Assembly (NCBI GenBank): GCA_963924565.1
Contig: OZ004610.1
Location: 29,698,001 to 29,762,000, forward strand
DNA: 64,000 nt
DNA from: Ascidiella aspersa
Taxonomy: Eukaryota
Direction: 5' to 3'
Positions within the stretch are counted from its first letter, which is position 1. Every line of letters begins with the position of its first letter. The translations under genes were made by a program, and so were the position numbers. The notes under the pieces were generated by a model that saw only the letters and a program-made list of their open reading frames with translations, was not told the origin of the DNA and made no database searches. Below, piece after piece: positions 11,201 through 26,200 of the stretch.

Positions 11201-14200
11201 TTGGCCTAATTCAGTTTTCCTCGCCTGTTTTTCCTTAGCGAAAAATTAAACGTGACAAACTACTAAAAATGAAAGTTTTGTGCCTTTCGAAGCGACCGTA
11301 AACTGACCAAAAGGGAATTTAAAAAAAGCGCGTTTGTTAACGCCTTTTAAAGTGATTTAGCAAAGTCACTGTACAATGCTGTTCATTGCATTGTATGCCA
11401 ACGCGACATCGTTTTTGTCTTTTTTTCGGTTGAGCAATTTGTTAGAGCATTTGCGTTGCTGACTATGTGAGCGGCATTTGAACTCCTTGAGATGGCATAA
11501 ATAAAAGTGGATTATCCCTAGAAATATGTTCCAAGTGTGAGCTGATTTCTTATTATCACGCTCCGTGTTAATCCTACTAGCATCGTTTTTTCAACATCGC
11601 AGGAGTTATGTCTTAACCTTGAGCGACGTTACGCAACATAGTTTCGCGGTACCACCACCCACACAAAGGTGTAGCATCGCATAAGCAGATATCACCACTT
11701 CAGGCGGAATGCCTTGGGCCGTGGCGCAATTTAACGTCGACCAATTTCGCCCGATAGCCTCTTAACCCCGACCGCCGCTTTGCCTGGCAGCCATTCGTAA
11801 ACGCGCAATCGCATGCAAATTACCGACCGGTTCGCCTTATTGGCCACCTTTATCAATGAACGGCGACTATTTGAATTTTCCATCTAAATTTAACCGAGGT
11901 CGATGTGCCCTAGTTCTTCACCCCGTTTTCACCATTGTTTCAGTACGCGACGAATTTGTTTAATTCAAATAGCATCGATTCTTCACTGTCCGTGCCGCGC
12001 CCAATCGGCGACGGCCAAATACGACCCAGGTCCCAATTTGCATGCAGAGCTTTAACCTTAGCGCGGTACCTCGCTGCCAGAAAGCACCTCTCTGGCTGGT
12101 TTGGTATTTCGGGCGCGCGCTTTTTCCGTCTGTTTATTTGCATAGGATGTGGGACGAAACAGCGAAAAGCGTCATCGCTACCGTTGTGTCCGATTTGGAT
12201 TTGTCACATGCAAATATACATTTTTGTGGCATTGTTGGACGGTAACGAGCGCGCTAGGATAGGCTTCTAAATTTGGTGAGAAGTATTTTTTTTTTAGTTT
12301 TGGCGGGTGTGCAATCTCTAAATGATTTGATTATTTGCAAAGAAATTTTACCAAAAAACAAAATTGATAACTCGAAAAACAAATTGGCTGACGGGTTTTT
12401 TAGACTGATTTGGGATTTTATTTATCAAATAAACAGTAGTAACAATGACCACAAATAACTAACCACAGTTGTTTCTATCAACGTTGTCCGTACGGGTTCA
12501 AAACCTCAATATAACAACATTAGAGTTCTTACCCATTGGCTAATTTCAGTCGCTGTCGCAACTCGATGGCAAAACAACGCCACTGTTTAAAACGTTCCGG
12601 CCTTTTCAACACCCAAAACAGAAAACAGGCAACGCACTGTGCGGCAAAATACACGCAATCCCAAGTAGCCCCCACAACACTATTCCAGGCTAACGATGTT
12701 CGCTGGACCTTCGAACATTTCGATCGATAACTAATCGAGTCGATGGCGCTGCCGTGGTTTGAAACCCTGTGTAGGGGTTATATGAGGGTGTTTCCGACTA
12801 TATACGTTTGGCGAAACGATTCGCCCAATTTTACAAGATCTGGTTTGGTGTACAACTGCATTTTTGTCTACAAACGCCCAATTTGAGTAAAAGTTCTATA
12901 AAAACACAGTCTAACTGCGGAAAAAGTTGTATTAATACGAAAACAGCAAAATGGTGGACGGGATTAGTTTGTTTCGCGTTTTGAAAGGCCTAATGCATCA
13001 TCCTTAAAATTCGTATATATCTCTGGCCGAACTCGTCCAATTGGGAAACTTTCTTCCCCGGCTGGGAACTAGTAGTGATAGATCGCGCCTCGTTCCCCGA
13101 CCCGTAAGTAATTAACTGGACGCCGGGCATTACTTGTGAGATGAGTCGCATCCCGTCGCTTGGACGCCGTCCGTTTGCTTCGCATGTATAATGCATATAC
13201 TCCACTGGCTGTCGTTCCTGTCTTGGATTGATGGCGACTTCCCATATTGCGCGCCCGCTCTGCCAAAGCTATCTGTCCCATAGCGCTACTGTCTGTAGCT
13301 ACAACAGACGCCGGCAATAAGACAGTTTACATTTGGGCCTGAAATACAGCGGGCATATTGTATTGGACGTTTTGTGCAATTTTTTTTTACGTTTCGTGCA
13401 ATTTTGTCTTTACCATCGCGACGATTAGTCACGGAAATGAACACCCGGCTGTTTTGAAACGATCGGTTAAGATGAGATGCAACTTTTATAAAAACATGTT
13501 TTTTAAACGCGCGTGTTCCTTTTAGAGAAGCGATGTGAACTGTTGATTAGTTATTACGCGATAAAACTTTATAAAAGCGCGGTTTAAGAGGTGTATCCCT
13601 TTTTAAAGCTGCCTTCGTTATGAAGCTAAACCCAAACTCCTACTAAACTAGATCTCGCGCGCGAATTTTGCCTCAACGCGCTTGCAGCATGCTTCACACG
13701 TTCCATTTTCCCCGAATTGTAGCGGCCATCCGGTTTTAACCGGGTCAAACTTACCAATAAGAAGGGTCTTTTTCCTCTGCAACCGCTTGCCAACGCAATT
13801 TCGCCACATCGTTTAGTTGGTGCGCTACTACTCGGGAATCCACCCAGAAGGGCTAATCCCGGACATTTCAACGCAGTGAGGCAACTGTTACAGATGCAAC
13901 AGGCAACCGCGGACAGTTACAATACCGGGGTGACCCTTGTACAACCCAAAGCTACACTCCAATCTTACTCCATGTCATCGCCTCATGTAAACGACCTGTC
14001 GACGTTTATGTATTTAGGTTTGGCGAAAATGAGGAAGCTATTTCGCTCGCATTCGACCCCACTGCTTAGCGTGAAAGCCACTGGTTCTCAACCGGCGTGC
14101 CTTTGCTTAATTAGTGAGCTTTTTAAAACACATATTTGTGTCCGATTAGAGACCATTATATCAAATGACGTTTGTAAGTTGATTGGGTTGTTCCAGTTTC

Positions 14201-17200
14201 ATTTATAGTGACATTTCAGTAAAATACTCGACGAAAATTCCAGTCGGGGTGCCGAAAATGTATTTTTTATTTTTTAAGGGTGCCCTAAAAGCCACAAAAG
14301 GTTGAGGATTACTGGTTTAAGCAATTAATTGCGTATTGTGTTTATCTCGTGATGCGGGGAAACTTGTTTTCGCGACGTGATCGGGGTTTCTTGTCCCACG
14401 AAGCTTCACCCCATTGTGTGTCGCAAATGCAGTAGTATACTCTCTGACGCGTCTGTAATTTTGCTGTGTCGGAATTTTCACATCGTAAAAGTCTGCCTGC
14501 TTCCTGGTCAAAGTGGAAAGCGGAGGTTTTGCGACGCTGGACCTCCCGCTGTTTTTACTAATGGAGAAATGCGCCTCAGAAAAGGGCATTGGGGTTTTGT
14601 ATACAGCTTAGGCGACGCTTGTCCTGAATGTGTAATTTATGTTACTTTAGGTCAGTAATCTCTTTTAGTACGCGATCCCAATTTAATTAAACTGAACCAT
14701 ATTTATGGGCGACCCCAGTTTGTTTTCAGATAGGCAATTCTTGAACTAAATAACACAAACGATTGATTTTATGCTTAAATTATACACAGGCCCAAATATA
14801 TTTTAACATTTTTAATACACTAATTGCGCTCGTTTAAATCGCAATGAAATAAAACTAAAACTGCGTAATATAAAAGTAATGGCGACACCATAAAAGGTTT
14901 AAGCTACCCCATTGGAGACCACTGCTTTAGGTAAAGCTACCGTTCGCCCTCATTATTTATTCCTGGTTTGTTTAGCTCTTAAGGGATTCGGAACTCGTTT
15001 TCCCGCAAATTTGCACCCCTTAAATTAAGCGGAGGCAAGCCGCGGCTCCAAGCATATCGGCCAGCAAGGCAAAAAAGTCCAACCCCGTACAACAGGGGCT
15101 CACGTACGGGTGCCTGCCTTACTACTCCACCCACTTCCAACACACCACTCCACATATCCGCGTTCGACCGGGCGTGCATTTTCAAGCCGCCTTGCTCGAA
15201 GAGGGGCGGCAACTTGCGCACGCACACACACACCCAATCCCACGCACACACACCCGTGGGCGTAAGAACAGCAAACAGCGGCACATCAATATATATAGGT
15301 AGGAGAGGCCTTTTTGGCCGGCCCCCGCCTTGCTGGCAATTAGGTCAAGAAACAGGATCCAGCCCTGGTTTTATGGCGCGCTCCACCCAGGGCCAGAGCA
15401 ATCCTGTGCACACAATGGCGGGCCTTGTGAACACAAAGGCCAGTCGCCGCGGGGCGCACAAGCCCCCAGGGGAGTCGCGTACGTGTTCGTTGCGCGCGCC
15501 AAGGGAAGGGCTCTCGTGTACCCGCGCGCGCACTAGTGTATGTGCGTGCTGTGCAATGAAGGTCGCGTCACCCCGTTTTTGTGCTTTGCCTCACACACAC
15601 ATAAGCCGCTGCTTTCTCTTGTTGTTCGCCGCCAAGCATTGTGCCCGGATTGGGGCCATTGTCCGCGCCGATCGCGCGTCTGACCCCGGGTGAAATTCGG
15701 GGTGCAACTGGATCCGAGCCCCCGCGGTTAATTGTTATTTCGGAGATCGATTACGATTCCCGGTGCGGTTGTTTGGCGATGGCGCGATGTGTCGGTTTTG
15801 GGCCGCGACACCCTGTTGCGTTTAGGGATAATACAATGCCTGAATTAAAAGCTTTTAAAGGATTTGGTTATTTATCAGATAAAGGAGGTCAAGCGGAATT
15901 CACCCTAATTTCAAACAAGTGTTGAAAAGTAATTTACCCATGTTTCAAACAACTGTTGAAAAGTAATACACCCATGTTTCAAACAACTGTTGAAAAGTAA
16001 TACACCTGTGTTTCAAACAACAGTCAAAAAACCTGTTTTCATTTTCCACGTCTAAACTAAATACCCATTATTTTTCAAACGTCCTTGCACTAACGCTTAC
16101 ATCTGCTTGAAAACTTTCAACTCTTGAAAGCAATTCTCATCTGATAGTCTGTGAGGTAGATTTAAGGTTTGCTAGATAACTTAATCGGAGTTTGTCATCT
16201 GTCCACATCCCTGTATCTAAACGCCACAACTAACATCTTAAGAAAAAAGAAAAACATATTCCCAAATAGAAAATTATTATTTGAGAAAACATACGCGTTT
16301 TTACGTAGTTTAATACATTTAAGAGGGTTTACTGTGTTTTTTAGCCGTTAAATAAGATAAATCTTTGGTCTATAGAGAAAATACATCTTTCGTGGGCGCG
16401 TAGATGTTAAAGCGATTCGATTAGTCGACCCGTGTCCCTCATCCTTCCTTCACTAAATTTTTGTTTACTTTACAAAAAAGCGATTCTCTCTTTCCAACCT
16501 TGGTCTGTGAGATATTTTGCGCTACAAAAGAAAAAACCGGACAGGCGAAAAAGCGGTTACTTTTGGAGTTAATGCACAGAAGTTTGATTGACAAATTTGC
16601 GTTTTTTGTACTTTTTCAAGTGACCGTGTAAAAAAGCTGATTAGAGTCGCTTAGAATCCCCTTTAATCCAAACGAACCGTAGCGAACCTGATCGTGACCC
16701 CGCTTGACATTAATCAGTTGCACGGCCTTTGCACAAAGCACGTTCGTGAAATGTACAGGCATGATTGGGGGTGAATGATTTATACACTAACGTTGATAAA
16801 TCGCTTTAAACGATATAAAACGGTTTCGACCGCAGCAGTAATCTCGACGAATTCTATTAAATCGCTTGCACTGCGTATAAGCAAAAATAAAAAAACGCCG
16901 TTCGATTGTGTCGATTTCGGCGAATTTCGTTTTGGTGAACGAAAACAAGCGAACCCGGCTGTTTCAATCGGCCGCCCTCGGCGTTTTATTCACAATTTCC
17001 AGCTCCCCGGGCGTCTGCGTTTTGCAGCGCGGCGGGAAATCGCGTTTCCTGGAAAATTCTTAAAAAAATGGAAAAGGGTCGTCTCACCGCAGCGCGTTGT
17101 TTTTAAACGGCCGCTTCGAAAGCAACCGGCAACCTTTTTCGTGGATTTTTTGCCCCCCTCAATGCGTGTGGCCAAATAATTGCACGTTGCCTTAAAATTT

Positions 17201-20200
17201 TCTGTTTTATTTTTTTAATTTGTCAACAAGACCCGAAAATTAAGGCTGAATAGAAAGTATTTTTAAGCTAACTGTGGGAAGGGGTCAAGGGGTAAAATAA
17301 GCATATATACATACAGCTCAATTTTTAAGAACACCCCACATGTATTTGTTTAAAGATTTGGCTTAAAGACGATTAGAAAGTTTCAGATGCTATCTTTCGG
17401 TAAAATTGCAAAGGTATTTCAAAAAGACATTGAAAAACTTAAATGCCAGAATTTGCACATATCAAACTCGTTCAATATTTCAATATTTTAAACCGTTTCG
17501 TAGAGGAGCCATACTTAAAGCCCTCCGAAGTTGATTTTTTCCCGAAACGTGAAAAACTCTTGGACTTTTCAAACCTTTTGTGGAGGGGCGGGGCCCAACT
17601 TAAATCCCCCCTACGTTAATTCTTCCCAAAACGTGAAAACCCAACGGGGGAAAAATAGCGCGGCTTTGGCTGTTGTGTTGTACGCGGCCAGGTCGCGACT
17701 TGCCCAGCGCCGCCAACGACTTGGGGCTCGAGTGTCACCCGCGCCCATTCTCGATCGCTCCGAGCGCGATGCTTGGCCTGCTGCCAGGTCGGTTGGCCTT
17801 CTCCTTGCTTGGGTCTCCGCGCAACCGCCCAAGCTCGAGTGTTTGTTTTTGCGGCCCTTGCGACCCTCCCTAAAGGATTGAGTGTTGGGTGAACCGGCGC
17901 GTTCGTCGGCGCGCATTTTCGAAAACGAACCGGTGAAATATTTGTCGAAACATTTTCGATTTTTGGGTTTGCTGATTTAAATTTTGTAACATTTATAAGG
18001 CTAAAAAACGAACTTGAATTGAACTGTTGGGTTTACAACGGAAATTTAGTAGCCATGTATTGCTGAAAACCGGACTTAAATGGCTTTCTCGGGCTGAAAA
18101 CCGTACATAAATGATCTATGGAGAGCCATGTGAGTGTTTCGCGTTTAAAACGGGACTCAAATAGCCCATTCGACCTAAAATAGGAAATTAACAACCATTT
18201 TGGCGTACAATCAAGAATTAAATGTACATATCGGCTGCTAAGAGGAACTAAGTGACCAAATCGAGATAAAACAATTTTATTTGATGCACGGCATAGGGAT
18301 GTAGGTTTAAAACGCGTAATCGCACTTCTCCTCATGCCAGATTCACCCCAGTACGCACCCATGATTAAAACAAGAACCGAAGGCCCTAATCTACAAGCTC
18401 AACACGCTCCCACCAAAAAGCAAAGCGTTGGGCGCAACCGAAAACAAATCCGCAACAGAAACGAGCTCGATTTCAAGCCACAAGCATAAAGCGCCGAGGC
18501 TGAGGCAAGAGGTTGAAGGCGGTCGTCCCTTTTCGAGTAGGCCGCCGCGTTTCGTTAGCCCGGGGCCGCCCGGTGCTGAGGGTGTTTAGACAGATCGAAG
18601 CTCGACTCGCCACCTCCCCGGGGCTTTGCAGCCGCGAGCACGCACACACACTCACGCACACGCGCGCACATACGCACGCGCGCTCTAACGGGCGTGGATA
18701 CGCGCTTACCAAGGGGGGCGCTCAATCGAATTTCCTCTTAAGGCTAGCAACGTTGATGGGTTCCAAACTCTTTTGCGTGGGATCGAAAAAGCTGGTTTTG
18801 TAATGTAGGCCAGTGGTTCTTAAACTGGTGCGCGAATCCTTTGGGTGATCTTTTAAATTCATTGACTTTTTGGCGTTATGAAAAGGCACAGCCTCACTGG
18901 ATCAAATGAATCATTTGACAGCTTGTGTAATGCAAATAGTAATTATCTTGTGTAAGTATTGGTGTTTTGTTTGTAATATTGTGCAGAGAATTTTATATTT
19001 TTTTAACTTAAAAAAAATGATGGGGTCTGTAATTAGTTAAGAAAATATTAAAAGGGCGTTTCTTTATGGAATCCAAAACTATTGGCAGCAGGTTGCTGCT
19101 TGTCGATCACTGTTCCGCTGACGAGTATATTAACAATAAAATTAAAAGCTTAAAAACGCGAGTAAATAGTTTACTCGGGTTTCAAACTTTGGTTTTCATG
19201 TTAGTTAGGAAAACAAATGGGTTCCGCCAGTTTTAAATATTGATACCCACTGCACTGCGGTTGGGCCGTGAGATTGCGAACAAGCGTATATCGACGAGAT
19301 CATATGCAACATATGCCCACCCCTGCGGTCTCGCTGGTTCAATGGTGGGATCCACTAATCTTCATTCGCCTGAGGGCAGCATAAGACGCTGACCACTACT
19401 GCTGTTGTTTTGTGCCACTGCCGCAGCGTATGGTCGATTTTCTTGCGTGTACCCTTTGAAACGTTTTTTTTCCGTTGCTGATTTACTGTCGTTATATATC
19501 TGTGAAAAAGCGTAATTTTCTCCAATTTTTCTTTAATTAATTTTTTGTATTTTTTACTCATTTTTAAGCGAGTTCGCTTTTAAAGGAAAAGTAAAATGAA
19601 AAAAAAATATTTCTGTGAGCAGGTTTCCGTTATACCTCTGTAAGGCATTAGTTCATTTATCAAACCTATTGTGAGCTATCTGTCACTCAAAATGAGTAAC
19701 CAGGCGTACATGTCATTCGAATCGGCGTTTGAAACTGTTTAACACCGACGGGCGGGCAAACATTCCCATTGAGCCCCGCGTTTCCAACCAGCCAACCCTT
19801 GTGTACCAAAAGCGGCGTCAGAACGGCACCGGCCGCGGCGGCTGCTGGAAAACAGAGGCGAGCGTCTGGCTCTTAAACCCAAAAAGCAGGGCCGGCGACT
19901 TTTACGGTCCGACGTTATCCAGACCGCCCCTGTTTACCCTGCCACGTATAGGGAAAAAGTAAAGCCTCCCGGGGGCTGCCACGCGCTTTTCGTGTTACCG
20001 CTTGTTTGCCGAACGCGCGACAGCTCGAACGCCGGGATTTGGGAGTCGGGTTTGTACACACACAAAAGTACAAGGCCCCTTTTACCCTAACTTTTTCGGC
20101 CTGTTAAAGTGCCATTTTCGCTCTGCTGACCAGTTAGAAACGTTCACTACAATTTGGCCGAACATAAGAAAGCCATATTTTTAAAGATCTTAAAAAACTT

Positions 20201-23200
20201 AAGATACCATATTTAGTCTTTACCAGATACCTCAGATTTGGAAGTCGGGTCTGTACACACACAAAGGGTACAAGGCCCTTCCTAGCCGTTTTGCGCAAAT
20301 TATTTCGTCTTGTTTTTTGTGGCATTTTTGCTGTGCTAACGTGTTCGAAATGTATAGTGCAATTTGGCCGAAAAAAGGTTGCTTTCAAAAAGCTTTAAAA
20401 ACTTAAGAACCCATGCAATCGAAGAGTGACCCGGCGCTTTTTCGATAGGCCAAAGCAAATAAATTCCACGGTGTGTCTCGGCCGGGTTTCGCGGCCAGGG
20501 TTTCGCTGAATGGAACTCGTTGTTCGTTTCGACGCGTCTAGCGTCTTATCACTAACCCCCCCCCCCCCGGCAGTAACAGCGCACTAGACACTTTGCCTGA
20601 GGTACAACACAAAAAACGATCGTATTTTTTGTTGTGGTTTCAGATATAACGCGACGTCATTCCGTTCAACGTCATGTGTGTTTACCGTCGACTGGTCAAT
20701 GTTGACTAAATTCCGACAGGCGCTTTAAAAACGAGTCATTATTGAACTTAAACGTGTAGAACAATTCCGACTACCCTCGTAAAACAGAGCAGTTGAAAAC
20801 ACGCCTCGAACTCATGAGTGTGTCTTTCCCTGTAGCCTGGGGTCGGCCTGGTGTGATTTTCGTTAAACATTGTCCTCGAATCGTCCCCGTTAGCCCGAGC
20901 ACTCCCTCAAATATTTGTGGCGTGTTTCTCGCTTGTAAGCAAACGTGCCGACGACCCCCGGGCCAATTCTCCCGCGTTGGTACTTTGGTCACCGCGGCCG
21001 TAATCAACAACGCCCCAACAGGATTTTGCTGGAACACCCAAGTGAAGTTTGTCGTCTTATTTGAATTATGGACCGAATGAAAACTCCTTTTTAAAACGTT
21101 TACAAGCATAATGGTGTGAGGTTGTAGTAAGACGTAATAAGAATGCCCATATGTAGGTATCATTTTGAAATGTTTGAAAGGATACCTACTTCTGTATATT
21201 CTTTCAAGCTTGATTAACCGAAAAAATACATAAAACGTTTTTTAGCAGTAAATGTTTATTTAACTAACATACGCAGACAACTCCGGCTGTTGCATGTGAT
21301 TACATAGAAACCGCATTTCCAGGATTTCAAGTTCGATTTTAGCTTTTAACGCACTGAGGCCTTTTCCTGCCAGATCTAAACAGATACGCTTTAACTGGAC
21401 CTTGCCCATGGTCAGCAGTCACGTTGAATTTTTAATGAACGGCCGTCGAGTGACGGCGCTTTACCTCTAAATCCATGCCTTTGATCACCTTTTCGAGCGA
21501 CAGGCCGTAAGTTTTTCACGCGACCTCGCGAGAAATAGGTCGCAAGTGGATTTAGGCTGCTTCTCCTTGATATAAACTGGCGCACAAGACAGACCTTAGC
21601 TTCGCCGAAACGTCCGTTGCGAAATCTGTTTGTCGAGTCGGAACGGCCGCGCAGAAAAAAAAATCTTCCCTTGGGGCCATTGGGCAAGCTCGTGACTCAT
21701 TTTGGCGGCCGCAATCAAAAACACGCATACGCCAGCGTTTTAAGGGCTTCCAAGAAATCGTACCAATCCCGCAATCCACAGCCTTTTATGGGACGCGCTT
21801 TATATAGCATTGGCTTATATGTGACCCAGGTGGATTATGGGACGCGCTTTATATAGCATTGGCTTATATGTGACCCGAATGGAATCGACTGGCGTAAAAG
21901 CGTTTGACACTTTTTGTTGCTCAGGTGTGAAAATAGAAAAAAAGTGGGTCAGAAATACACCACATTTTAGCTGCTGTGCAAATTGGTCGGTATTGAAAAT
22001 ATGGGCAACTGTAGTTTTAAAGTGTGCCAGTCTACATACGAAGAGATCACGACTCTTTTTTGTGGGTTACTTCCTGTATATTGCCAGTCAACGCGGCCTC
22101 AACAGAACGCAAACATTAACTAAATGGTTGGCGGCTTCTTTTTGACGCGTTCCTGTATGGAAAATTCGCATGTCGAAAATTGCAAGGAAAACTCGGACGT
22201 GATGCAAGCCGGCTGATTTTTGCCATTTGGTCTTCAGGCCAGTTGTAGTTGTCAACTTGATGCACCAGGCTCCCATTACAAACAGGGAGAGAAAACTTTT
22301 GGCAGGCTTGTATCTCGTTCGTTGGATTCGGCCGGTCGAAATGGAAAAACCGACGAAACAAGACCTCTCGTCTTTCCAGATTATTGCGGGAAGCGCAAAG
22401 TCTGTTTTCAGACCATGTTTCTTTGCTTTAACTGCGATATTTAAGTACACACACTTTTCGGTCACGTCACGTCCAATTAGTCGAAAATTTTACAATTCTG
22501 ATACCCGTCAGTATTGTCTGGCCTTATTGGTTACTTTTTAGGCTCACATAATGCGAGTAAACGGAGATACATAAGTTGAACGATTTCTAGTTTAGAAGGT
22601 AAATAGGAAAAAACTACATAGGACAAGTAAATGGGTGTGTTTAGAGTGCCCTTGAAAATGCTGACGCCGATTAGTGTTCGAAGTAGGACTTGCTCTTCAG
22701 ATGTTAGGGCATTAAACTGAATTAGTCACATACTTTTTTATCACTTTCACTGGAAAGATACAAAATCCGCCTGGGAATATGTCGTCACTTTAAATTTTCA
22801 AAACCAGGCGGCTACTTCGAATTCAAAACTCAAAAGCTGTACGTTTTCCAGCACACCCAGGGACGATGCGAAAAACGATTTTGACGCTCTGACTCCCAAC
22901 CGGGAGATCCAACCAAATGTGGGGGAGGGGGTGCCACAAAGCTCGGTCGTGACTTGGCTTCGTGTAGAACGCGCACAAGGCGGCCTGGAATCGAAACATA
23001 AACACTGTGATGCGTCATAGCCCTGCACCCGAGATCGTAACTTTTGGACGGCCTTTATTAAAACGGTACCCTTTCTCCCCCCTCTGATAAAATGCCTAAA
23101 ACAACTTACTTTCAGTAAATAGATTGCTCTTCTGGTGTAAACGAAGTATAAACCGACGTTTGGACAGCAGATACCAGCTGACCTCATCCGGGTTAATAAT

Positions 23201-26200
23201 TAAAACGAAAGTGCGTTAGAAGTATGAAAATAAAAAGCCTATAGATTAAAATTAATAAATCTAGACGTCGCTGAAGTACCGAAAATGATAACAGCTGTGA
23301 TCTTGTCCTCAGTTTGACTCAGGATATAACAGTTATAAAGTGTCGTAATAGGAAGAGGTGAAATTTTCACACCCCTATCCTGCTTTTCAGGCCTAAATCG
23401 TCACTTCACGACCGCAGCCTTCCAGTTCCTCTTGGTTTATCCGTGACTGCTATAATTAACCTTCTATATAATTAGCCGTATTTGTTTAAGTTTCTATCGC
23501 CCCTGCCAACGATGCATTTCATGACGCCAAGGCCATATGTTGTTCACACTTACAAAACCCGAATGTTGCCACTGTGAAATGGAAGTTTTATTTTTGTGGC
23601 GAAACTCTGTCAGGACACTCCTGCGCATTCTGACTCGGGAGTTTTTGTCTTCGAGAAATTAGCTGCACGCGTTGCCCAGAATGCGGAACCGTGTATTGGT
23701 CTGTGGGCGTTTTCCCGGCGAAGGGTCAGACGTTCTCGAAAGTTCTATGACCGGGACTCAGCACTGCGATCGGACCCAGACAGTGACCTAATGTATTTGC
23801 GCGTCAAATTTGGCTTGCTGGAGCGTTCAAAATTGCAAACAAACTCGCTTGACACTGGACAGTGGACGCGCAGCACTTGCATCGCTTCCAACTCGTTCCA
23901 CACGCATTCGCCAAAAAATAAACTGTGAGCAGCTTTTTAATTAGAGCGCAAAGTTGATCGGCGCCGCCTGCGCAAAGTCGTTAAACATCGCTTAACCCCT
24001 TGCGCCCTAGCGCGGCAATAACCCGCTCATTAAGCTTTCAGCAGCCGGGTGCTGACAGACCGATTATTGCGTAACAATGTTGTAATCATTCAAAAACCCA
24101 GTTCGAGCCGAATGGCGCTGCTGATTGGCTCGTTCGGACAACAACAAGACGCCCTGTGATGTCGTCTCAAAGGCGAAACGTTGCCCCCTTAGGCGCGTTG
24201 GTTTTGCCGATGTGGTCAAGTCCGTTGCCTGTCTTAATTGCCCTTCATCAACGCAACTAACGTAGATCACCCCTCGGGCTGTCCCTGTGCTCTTAATCGC
24301 TCCTACTAAGCAAAGCTCTTTTACCTCAAGAATGTATGCCTTGAACCACCTACGTGTACAGTACACGACCGTGTCTTGGCTCTTGGGGGTTTGCTGTACA
24401 TAACAGGTTCCTGAGGCCAGAAGAGCCTCCAAACCTGTTTTTTGCTACCTTTTTTGGTTTTGTTGTTTTAATCGCGATAAACTAAAATGTGGCTTCCCTT
24501 TTAATAAAAGCTTTACGAACGGGTATTTTCTTGAACTTGGTCGTTTCTAGGCTCTTTGAGGTTTGCTGTAATTTAATTTATTGCCGTACCTAGAATTGTT
24601 GCTTTTAAGTGTTAAAACAGCCTTCGCTATTGACGTTGCGAAGTTTCCCCTTTGGAAAAACTTCACTCTGGTTCAACTAAAAGTCGCGTTCCTCTTATGG
24701 GGCGTCACAAGATGCAGTGAAAACACCCAGTCAGCAGATTTTCTTGCACAATAACACCCGTATTTTACTCGGGATGCTTCGTACTTGGTCATAACGTCAA
24801 ACACTCGACAAACAGATTTTTTATTTATTTAAAGGCAATACTTGCCTTCACCCTGTAAATTACGCTTTGGTATCCGGCAATTACCAATATAAAGGTGGTA
24901 TCTCAGAATGAAAATATATTTTCGGAAAAAAGGGTACTTTAGACAAGTGTGTAAATTTGAAAATTTTGAAATAGGCGCGATCTGGTGGTATACATATTTG
25001 AATAAATGTCGGTGTTATATTACGTTTGTTCCCAATTTAACCTGCATTTGCCTAATATATTCAAATTAGTATACCCAATATACATAAACTAAAAAAAATC
25101 GCTTAATAAAGAACATAGATAGAACGCCGGTGGTGGATTTCTGCATAAATACAATAGCTGATTTGCCAACCCTTGGTTTTTCACGGAGTCTGTTTTTCGA
25201 ATATGCCCAACAGTATGGAGGCCAGTCTCGGAAATGTCGAAATCGACTTGTTTTGGGGGAAAATAGCCGCGGGCTATCGCAGTCGGGAGTCTCGTTCTCC
25301 GGCGTCGTTTTACGGTGATTCACTTGCATTTACGTTAATGCCAATGCTGCGCCATTTTCGGGTGACATTACCGCCAAAATCGCATCGCCTTTATGATCTA
25401 TCGACAAAAGGCCAGTTTACACGAAAATTCAAAAGGTGACGGCTCCTTTTTTCACTTTGAGTTTGGTACTGTTTGGACGAAAAGGTGGAAAATACGTTTG
25501 CCGCCAAAGCTGGCCCGTAGTTTGTGATGGGGTTGACATAACGGAAGTATGGGTATATTGGCCAATTGGTGAAATGGATTTGGGATTTCTCGGTACTTGC
25601 CACATTCGTCTTATTCTAAATCCGAAAATTATAATTATTATCTAAAGGAGAACCCGAACGGCCAAAAACAAACCTAATTTAATAAGGATTAGCTTTATCT
25701 AGACCGTTTTTGCGTACGAAAGGGAAAATCAAGGTAGAAATCACGCTGTTTGTCCAAATTTGTCTTACAGGATTAGAAACTTGTGAAAATGCGCTCAACG
25801 TGGCTTCCTAAACTGGCGAAAAACGTAGAAAACGGCCGAAATTCAATAATTTGCATACAAATGGGGAAAAACGCTTCTTTTTCAAACCGGTCTCACAGGA
25901 TCAGAAACTGGTAAAAAATGCGTTTAACGTGGCTGCGTAAACTTTCAAAACGGTCAAAAAACGGTCTCGGGCATTTTTTTTGGTAGCCACACGTACACGG
26001 CGTGAGTCACTGCGGCCGGCATATAGCGCAACCACCTGTTCGGCAAGTGCCCATAGCGGAGTCATGTTTTGCGACCTTTGCCAGCGCGATGCGTAAATCG
26101 ACAAAATTCGCATCCGCTGAGATTTTTATTTTGCGTATAGGTCAACCGCCACGAAAAACTTGGGCGATTTACGTTGTTATCACCGTGGATAAGGCCACTT

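Noticed and set aside
15905-16022. 34-bp repeats resembling a CRISPR array
   Set aside because: Units are contiguous with no unique spacers, there are no cas genes, and the context is eukaryotic; it is a minisatellite
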